The translations under genes and the position numbers were made by a program. A stretch of DNA of 52,923 bases from a virus. Lineage: Duplodnaviria > Caudoviricetes. The notes beneath the pieces are model-generated. The model made no database searches, was not told the origin of the DNA, and worked only from the letters and a program-made list of their open reading frames with translations. Positions 46,547 to 52,923 of the stretch are shown here, in pieces. The DNA is taken from IMG/VR virus record IMGVR_UViG_3300016474_000485, positions 1-52,923 of that record; one strand, given 5' to 3'. The number at the start of each line of letters is the position of its first letter. The first letter of the stretch is position 1.

Positions 46547-47308
46547 TTATATTAATATATTATTAAATTTATGAAAATTAAGCAATTTTCTAGCCTCAGA
46601 TTTTAAATACATTACTGGTATTCTACTCATCGTTTCAGTTTCTTTGTCCCAATAACCAATCCATATCTGTCTACATTTTTTATGTGGGAATTCCATTTCA
46701 TACATTAGAGCGTATGTACTTAACTGTAATGAGTATATTGAATACTGACAGTCTTGTAGGTGCTCAAATGGCTTTAAAAGTGTCTTATATCCAAACTGAT
46801 TAAAGAAATTAAACTCTCGGTTTGTTTTCCAGTCACCAACATCAAAAAACACATCATCAATATCAATAATTAAATCTGATGTTCCAGCTAATTCATATTC
46901 AGATGAAAACATAATCCTTTCTGGCCATATTGCTTGACCTTCATCAATCTTTAAATCATTATATGCTTGTATGATTTTCTTTTGTAATGGGTCTTCTGGG
47001 AAAAACCATTTATCATTTAATAAGTACTCTTCGATTGTTTCGTGAACATGTGTACCATATTCATTGGCTGTGTCATTTAACATCTGCCAATAATCCAAGA
47101 TTTGTACTTTATTCATCCCTATGTACCTTTCTTGTTTTGCATCATCAGCTTGTCTAACTATAGCCTCAGCGATTGATTCAGAATCGAAGTGTGGTTCAAC
47201 ACTACTCAATACTTTAGTAACTGATGTGTACTTTATACCAGTTTCTCTATGTATGTATACGTGTTCAATGGGCTCAAGATAGACTTGCCCCTCCCAAATT
47301 TTTGCCAT
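46547..47308 (-). CDS. PD-(D/E)XK exonuclease
   Basis: SVT, GTHVH, LAGTSD, DWKTN, YSLQLSTY. Confidence 0.8.
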   Translation of the reverse strand: MAKIWEGQVYLEPIEHVYIHRETGIKYTSVTKVLSSVEPHFDSESIAEAIVRQADDAKQERYIGMNKVQILDYWQMLNDTANEYGTHVHETIEEYLLNDKWFFPEDPLQKKIIQAYNDLKIDEGQAIWPERIMFSSEYELAGTSDLIIDIDDVFFDVGDWKTNREFNFFNQFGYKTLLKPFEHLQDCQYSIYSLQLSTYALMYEMEFPHKKCRQIWIGYWDKETETMSRIPVMYLKSEARKLLNFHKFNNILI

Positions 47309-47367
47309 ATAATTACTTTTAATGCAAATATAGTTTATTTTATTGATTATTGCAAATATTTATAGAT

Positions 47368-47781
47368 ATGAAAACTATAATAAAAAAATTACTTAGAGAG
47401 TATTTTGATTAATTTGATGATTTTTCCTCTTTTGATGATTTTGGGGGTTCATTTTCGTCAAAATTAAAAAAAGAAAAAGAGAAATTAAAAAAATTACCAA
47501 ATGTAATAACATTATATAGAATAATTTCAGCTGATAGTCCAGAATCAATTGATTTAGAAAACCCAGGGTACCATTACTCTATGGATAAAAATAATTTAAT
47601 TAAAACACATTCGTTTTTAAAGAATAAAAAATATTACCTTATCGTGGTTGAGGCTAACAAAAATTTAATTAATGTTAATGTTACAGCTGAAAATAATGTT
47701 AATTTCCCAAATGAAAAAGAAATTACATTAAAAAATAAAGGTAAAGGTGTTAAAATAATTTCAGTAACAGAAATGAAATAA
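47368..47781 (+). pseudogene. ADP-ribosyltransferase-like gene with one in-frame TAA at codon 15
   Basis: MKTIIKKLLREYFD-TAA-FDDF...TLYRII...GYHYS...PNEKEITL, in frame with ORF 47581-47781. Confidence 0.6.
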
Positions 47782-48735
47782 TTAAAACATTTCTTGCATT
47801 TCTAGTCTTCTAGATGATTTTAATAATTTAACAATACCTTTTCTACCTAATCTTTCAAAGATTGATGATGAATCATGACCTTGTGGTGGTTTACATATTT
47901 TAATTCTACCTTTTAGTTCAGCAAAATCTAATTCTTTGTATATTGCTATAGCATCTTGGTAAGCATCGTCATCTAATAAAACAACAACATCAGCTTTTGC
48001 GTTTTCTAATAAAAGTTGTTTTATTTTATGTGTTAATATTTTACCAAGTAATGGTATTGAATTTGGAGTTACAATATGGTCAAATGCTCCCTCAACCAAA
48101 TATATGGTAGCATCAAAATTAACTTTATTGTGATTAAATACAATATATTGTTTTTCAGCAACTGGATTTAAGTATTTGGGTTTTGCCCACTTACTAAATG
48201 ACCTAGCAACAAAGAAATTAATATCACCGAACTCATCATATGATGGTAGTATTATTCTATCTTTATATGGACCTTCGTGAGCATAACCAATATTAAATTC
48301 TTCAATTATATCATCAGTTATTCCACGTTCTCTTAAGTATTTTATAGCGTAATGATATTTTGGTTCATAATGACTACATTTCGCTAATGATATAAATTCT
48401 TTTGGTAAAGCTACGTGTACTTCTTTATCTTCATACGTATCTACTTGGTATGTGTTTTCTGGTTTCACCAATTGGTAATCCCTTAGGTTTATTTTGTTAC
48501 CGTATCGTTTTATTAATTTTTCGATAGGTCCATGCATTCCATTCTTATAGGAACAAACCCAACATTTAAATACACCTTTTTTATAGTTGATTTCTAGTTT
48601 AGCTTTCCCATCACCACCATCAAGCATCTTATCAGCAGCACAAGCTGGACAATCAAATGATACTTGACATCTATCTTCATTGTGTTTCTTGTGGTCACCA
48701 AGAAAGTTTTCTAATATTTTAACAACCATGCTCAT
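47782..48735 (-). CDS. dnaG: DNA primase (zinc-binding + TOPRIM)
   Basis: CPAC, FKCWVC, YLRERGI, RIILP, KYLN, LVEGAFD, LDDDA. Confidence 0.85.
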   Translation of the reverse strand: MSMVVKILENFLGDHKKHNEDRCQVSFDCPACAADKMLDGGDGKAKLEINYKKGVFKCWVCSYKNGMHGPIEKLIKRYGNKINLRDYQLVKPENTYQVDTYEDKEVHVALPKEFISLAKCSHYEPKYHYAIKYLRERGITDDIIEEFNIGYAHEGPYKDRIILPSYDEFGDINFFVARSFSKWAKPKYLNPVAEKQYIVFNHNKVNFDATIYLVEGAFDHIVTPNSIPLLGKILTHKIKQLLLENAKADVVVLLDDDAYQDAIAIYKELDFAELKGRIKICKPPQGHDSSSIFERLGRKGIVKLLKSSRRLEMQEMF

Positions 48736-48771
48736 AATGCAAATATATGAACATTTATTTAAATAAACAAA

Positions 48772-49425
48772 TTATCTCCACAAATTATCTCTATTCATAA
48801 CCGCCCTTATACATGTATATGCATCAGTCATGTCAAAATTTTCTTTTTTAAGTTTTTGTTTTTTATCAACTAACCAAACAATTTGTGGTTCAAGTTCTGA
48901 TACTTTTTCCCAAACAACCATTTTTTTGTCAATCTCATAATCGTATTCACCAAACAAGACTGGTTTAGCTTTTGATAATTCTTTTTCACTGTAAGGTTCA
49001 CCTTTCTTGTTAACCTTTCTTATTTGCATTAATTCGGGGTAAGCGTAAGCTCTAGAATCATATGATGAAATATACTCTGGAATTATACCTAAAATATCAT
49101 AAACAGACCTACTGATAATACCATTAAACCTTAAAAGTGTTGCCACAGTATTGACATTGTTAGACCTAAGTAATGGTTCTTCAATAACAACTCTACTAAT
49201 ACCAATGTTTTTGTATTTTTTAAGGAATTCTTCTTCAAATATTGTTGCTTTTTCAAACAATTCTTGCATTTTACTTTCTGGTTTAGGTTTAACCACAGGA
49301 GTTACATGATGCAATAACCTTAATGCACCATGGTTTCCAAAATCTTCAAATAAAGCTATCCCAATTGTTTTTGTTGAAACATCTAAACCTAAGACAAAAT
49401 TGTTTGTTTTATTACTTTTCTCCAT
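48772..49425 (-). CDS. ruvC: RuvC-like Holliday junction resolvase
   Basis: LGLDVSTKTIG, VIEE, DMTDA. Confidence 0.7.
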   Translation of the reverse strand: MEKSNKTNNFVLGLDVSTKTIGIALFEDFGNHGALRLLHHVTPVVKPKPESKMQELFEKATIFEEEFLKKYKNIGISRVVIEEPLLRSNNVNTVATLLRFNGIISRSVYDILGIIPEYISSYDSRAYAYPELMQIRKVNKKGEPYSEKELSKAKPVLFGEYDYEIDKKMVVWEKVSELEPQIVWLVDKKQKLKKENFDMTDAYTCIRAVMNRDNLWR

Positions 49426-49478
49426 TTATATTCAGTTTTACCTAAATATAATGGCTAATTATTAAAACTAAATAGTTT

Positions 49479-50681
49479 TTAATAATCAATTGTTAAATTA
49501 AATACAACTATATCGTCTACTGGTTTGAAATAAGTTCTGTTTGTTTTAGCAACAGCAATTAAATTACCAGAGTTATCTAATAATCCAATCTCGCTTATTC
49601 TAGGAACATCACCGCTCATAAATGTCGAGTTTGTACTAATTGTAAATTCGTTTCTATCAGCAATACATGTTACTTTTTGTGATACACTACTAACAACTGA
49701 ATTAAAAGTAATTGTTGTTGCTGTACTAGCTGATGAGGTTAAACTAAAATTATTAACAATTGTTGGTTCAGTTATAACTATAAAACCTTTATCTAAATAA
49801 GCAACACCTACAGCTTTATCAACAACTCTACCTAAGTTTGAATTGTCCTTAATATTAAATAAAGCTTTATTGTTAACAGAGAATGGTTTGTTTAGTGAGT
49901 AACCAGTAGCCCAACTCTTAGATGAATCATTATTAGGTTTTTTAATACTATCTGAGAATAATAAACATCTATTTGGACCTAACTGTTGTAAATATAATGA
50001 TGCATCTGATAATCTAGTATCTTGCTCATTAGTTGGTGTGTTATTATTTTCATAAGTACCGTAGATATCAAATGTTGCCGCTGTTGTTGATAATTGTACC
50101 TTTATACTTTTACCATCAATAACTTCACCATATTGACCGCTATTTATACCAATTACTAATATTTTTTCTGATGCTAATCCACTTAATGCTGTATCTGAAA
50201 ATCCACCAGATGTTGATGTTATAGCTGAATATGTTTCAGCACTTTCTAAGTCTGTAGGTAATGCAAAAGAATAGAATAAATTAGTTAACACATCAGTATT
50301 ATAATCATTTCTATTAATAATATTTTGTGTTATTGAGCCACCACTATAATATATTGTATTATAACCAATTGGTGATTGGATAATACTAACTTGGTTTGAT
50401 GCTAATTGTACTGGTTTTCGGTTTTGATTATTTTGGTAAATTAAACCACTTCTAAATTGATACCCAAAACCACCATTGTTTACTGATAAACCAAAGTTAT
50501 CTCCAGAAAAATCTGGTATTTGTCCATATGATAAACCATCATATACATTATAATTAGCATCAGAGTCACCAAGTATAAAATAACTAACAAGGCTCGCAGA
50601 ACCATTTGCTAATCTTTGTCTACCTGTTGGTGTTAATTTACCCTTAATATTAATCGTTGTTGCACTAGCTATAAATCCCAT
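49479..50681 (-). CDS. Virion structural protein (baseplate/tail-associated)
   Basis: LTPTGRQRLA..FILGDSD, ISEIGLLD..GNLIAVAK; paralogous to the next gene. Confidence 0.6.
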   Translation of the reverse strand: MGFIASATTINIKGKLTPTGRQRLANGSASLVSYFILGDSDANYNVYDGLSYGQIPDFSGDNFGLSVNNGGFGYQFRSGLIYQNNQNRKPVQLASNQVSIIQSPIGYNTIYYSGGSITQNIINRNDYNTDVLTNLFYSFALPTDLESAETYSAITSTSGGFSDTALSGLASEKILVIGINSGQYGEVIDGKSIKVQLSTTAATFDIYGTYENNNTPTNEQDTRLSDASLYLQQLGPNRCLLFSDSIKKPNNDSSKSWATGYSLNKPFSVNNKALFNIKDNSNLGRVVDKAVGVAYLDKGFIVITEPTIVNNFSLTSSASTATTITFNSVVSSVSQKVTCIADRNEFTISTNSTFMSGDVPRISEIGLLDNSGNLIAVAKTNRTYFKPVDDIVVFNLTIDY

Positions 50682-50708
50682 TTCTATTTTATTTCTTTTT
50701 TTTATTTA

Positions 50709-52898
50709 TTAGAAATCCATTGATAATTCAAATAATACAGTATTACCTGGATTTAATTTAACTGGTCTTGAAAATTTACCAACCATAACCAAATCACCAA
50801 AGTTATCGTAAATACCACATTCAGTAACTTTAATAACTGGAGGGTTAGTTGTTGGGTCTGAACTTCTGGTTGGGTTTGATGTGAATTTATATACATCAGC
50901 TGGAACACTCAACCTAAATAATGTTTTATACACATTTGCCCCAATATAAGCATCGATATTACCATAGAAGAACCTTTCATCACCAAATTGTAATATATCT
51001 GGGTTTGTGTTAGGTGCCATGCTCAATGAATTTATAATGCTAAATGTTGAATCGGTTGCTGTATTACCAGTAGTTAATATAAACCCTAAAGCAGTTGGGT
51101 TTTGGTTTTCAAGTAATACTGGGTCAATAGTTTCACCAGCATTTACTGTTATGTTTGTACTTGTGAAATCATGTACCATCCATGCATCAGGTGAAGGTCT
51201 AGTATTACCAGACACAATCTGATACAATACTTTAAATTCTTTAGCTGAGAATCCCATACCATCATAAGTTGGGTATTCTTCTTTTCTCATATATGGGAAT
51301 AAATCAACATCACTAATTTTAAATTGAACATCTTTAGATGAAGATGTATTGTTTGCCATTATTGTGTAATATTGACAAGGTAATGTTGTTGTTAAACCAC
51401 TTCCACTTGTATTTTCAAATGTGTAAGTTAACCACATATATTGATTTGATGGTAAAATACCAGTATTTGTACCACCAGATGATGCTACTAAATTAGCACT
51501 TAATGGAGGTAAAGTCCAGTTTCTATTTGATTTGTATGAAATAGCCGCAACAATCTCATCATCTTCAATTGTAATTATTTTTAATTGAGGGAATACCTTA
51601 CCAATCATTTGTGGTGTCGCTCCACTAGGTAATAATGATGGGTCTTCAATTAATTCAACATATTCAATGTCAGTATTTGGGATATAATAAGTCGCACCAC
51701 TAGCTAAGAATGTCATACCCATTGTTGTACCGCTACCAGAAGGATAATCTCTTCTGTGATACATTAAATCTGGCATGTAAACATACAAATCTTTACCACT
51801 AGCACCGTCTATAAATAAAAACTCACCATAATAACTTGATATCGCATTGTTTGTATAATGTAATATTGATATTGATTTAGATATTGGGTCTATAACTGAT
51901 TGACCAGGTACGTTACAAATATCTAACGTAATACCAGTTACAATATCACATGGGTAATCTAAGAATGGGTATTTTTGACCCAAATATTGCCATGAACCAA
52001 ATTTCTCATGACTTTCATTAGGTGTTGATACAACGTTGTTATAACCACTACCAGTCATACCAGCTAAATCTTCACACCAAACATTGTTCATATTCCATAC
52101 TGGAACACAACCACATGATGTATAGCAACAATTGTCAAATGATAATGTACCACTATTCCAATAAGGAATTGTTGATGAATACCCATATGCTTCATAAACT
52201 TCACCTTGTGGGTAAATAATGAAACATGTATCAGCTGACATAGATGTTGCAGCTAAATTTGGTAATTCTCTATCTACAACCACATATGTTGAACCACTTG
52301 CTTGTATTTTATACCAAAGTGATGGTTGTGGTATTGTATTATCACTAATTGATTGGTTACCTAATGTGTCATTACTATATTTTACTAATATGTAATCACC
52401 AACGTTATATGTGTAACCAGTTCCTAATTCTAAAATAGTTCCACCAGTGATATAACTATTATCTATACAACCATAATCTACAGTATAACTAACATCAGCA
52501 CAATCGTTAGTTGTATAACCAGTACCTAATATCGTTGCAAATTCAGTATGTGTTGTATTTGCACTAAAGAACCCTCTTTCATTAGCTTTGTTTGTAACAA
52601 TAGCTTTAAGCGTTGATATTTGATTGGCTGTTAATGGTGTTACAGGTGTAGACCCATCAACACTAATAAATGAACTGATATTTGGTTGTCTATCAACTGG
52701 TCTAAGTATTTTACTAGCACCAGATAATTGTGGATTAGTTTGGTTGTTGTCAACAATTTCCTCCCTAACGTAATTAAGTTCGGAATCACCAATACCCCAA
52801 GCAGTAAAATTTAATTTACCCTCAGCTAATTTTCTTCTACCAATATCGGTTAATTTTATGTTTACAAATGCACTTGAATTGTTAATTATGTAGCTCAT
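50709..52898 (-). CDS. Virion structural protein (baseplate/tail-associated)
   Basis: LTDIGRRKLA..IGDSE, VTECGIYD..GDLVMVGK; late-type motif upstream. Confidence 0.6.
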   Translation of the reverse strand: MSYIINNSSAFVNIKLTDIGRRKLAEGKLNFTAWGIGDSELNYVREEIVDNNQTNPQLSGASKILRPVDRQPNISSFISVDGSTPVTPLTANQISTLKAIVTNKANERGFFSANTTHTEFATILGTGYTTNDCADVSYTVDYGCIDNSYITGGTILELGTGYTYNVGDYILVKYSNDTLGNQSISDNTIPQPSLWYKIQASGSTYVVVDRELPNLAATSMSADTCFIIYPQGEVYEAYGYSSTIPYWNSGTLSFDNCCYTSCGCVPVWNMNNVWCEDLAGMTGSGYNNVVSTPNESHEKFGSWQYLGQKYPFLDYPCDIVTGITLDICNVPGQSVIDPISKSISILHYTNNAISSYYGEFLFIDGASGKDLYVYMPDLMYHRRDYPSGSGTTMGMTFLASGATYYIPNTDIEYVELIEDPSLLPSGATPQMIGKVFPQLKIITIEDDEIVAAISYKSNRNWTLPPLSANLVASSGGTNTGILPSNQYMWLTYTFENTSGSGLTTTLPCQYYTIMANNTSSSKDVQFKISDVDLFPYMRKEEYPTYDGMGFSAKEFKVLYQIVSGNTRPSPDAWMVHDFTSTNITVNAGETIDPVLLENQNPTALGFILTTGNTATDSTFSIINSLSMAPNTNPDILQFGDERFFYGNIDAYIGANVYKTLFRLSVPADVYKFTSNPTRSSDPTTNPPVIKVTECGIYDNFGDLVMVGKFSRPVKLNPGNTVLFELSMDF

Positions 52899-52923
52899 AC
52901 TTATAAATATCTTTATTTTTTTT

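Noticed and set aside
46547-47308. Cas4 call for the exonuclease
   Set aside because: No four-Cys Fe-S pattern and no cas context; it sits among replication genes.
1-52923. Stop-codon reassignment as the explanation for the in-frame TAAs
   Set aside because: TAA ends most genes, coding density is high with code 11, and no suppressor tRNA is present.
1-52923. CRISPR array
   Set aside because: No regularly spaced identical repeats seen; recurring GGTTCGA-type strings are tRNA T arms.

Overview
AT-rich segment of a large (jumbo-type) tailed-phage genome, almost all on the minus strand, standard genetic code. The host is probably Bacteroidota: TAnnTTTG promoter elements recur, and the RNase HI, ClpP and Hc1 proteins are of Bacteroidota type, with one T9SS-cargo-like protein. 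The left half is a translation and RNA-rescue island: two RNA ligases, two 2H phosphoesterases, an interrupted polynucleotide kinase, a PTH2-like protein, a Mesh1-like HD hydrolase, a CCA-adding enzyme, 11 tRNA or tRNA-like genes (several non-canonical, none clearly encoding CCA), tmRNA, ClpP, DnaJ, SlyD, and a DUF2828/vWA (Ro-like) protein next to a repeated small structured RNA motif. The right half has likely head and lysis proteins, a sigma70 factor, SbcC, a split SbcD, an exonuclease, primase, RuvC and structural genes. Best find: an unannotated 30-codon leader peptide (12940-13032) upstream of the 10-tRNA array. Its codons 4-18 are all read by array anticodons and cover all ten, and it overlaps mutually exclusive antiterminator/terminator hairpins. 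This looks like a ribosome-stalling attenuator that turns on phage tRNAs when the matching host tRNAs are depleted. Also notable: intron-less endonuclease insertions inside genes (one brings a replacement N-terminus with a Pro-stop-Pro site), a shared IKKLLRE N-terminal tag on enzymes, and a possible -1 frameshift. All calls were made by eye from motifs; no searches were run.
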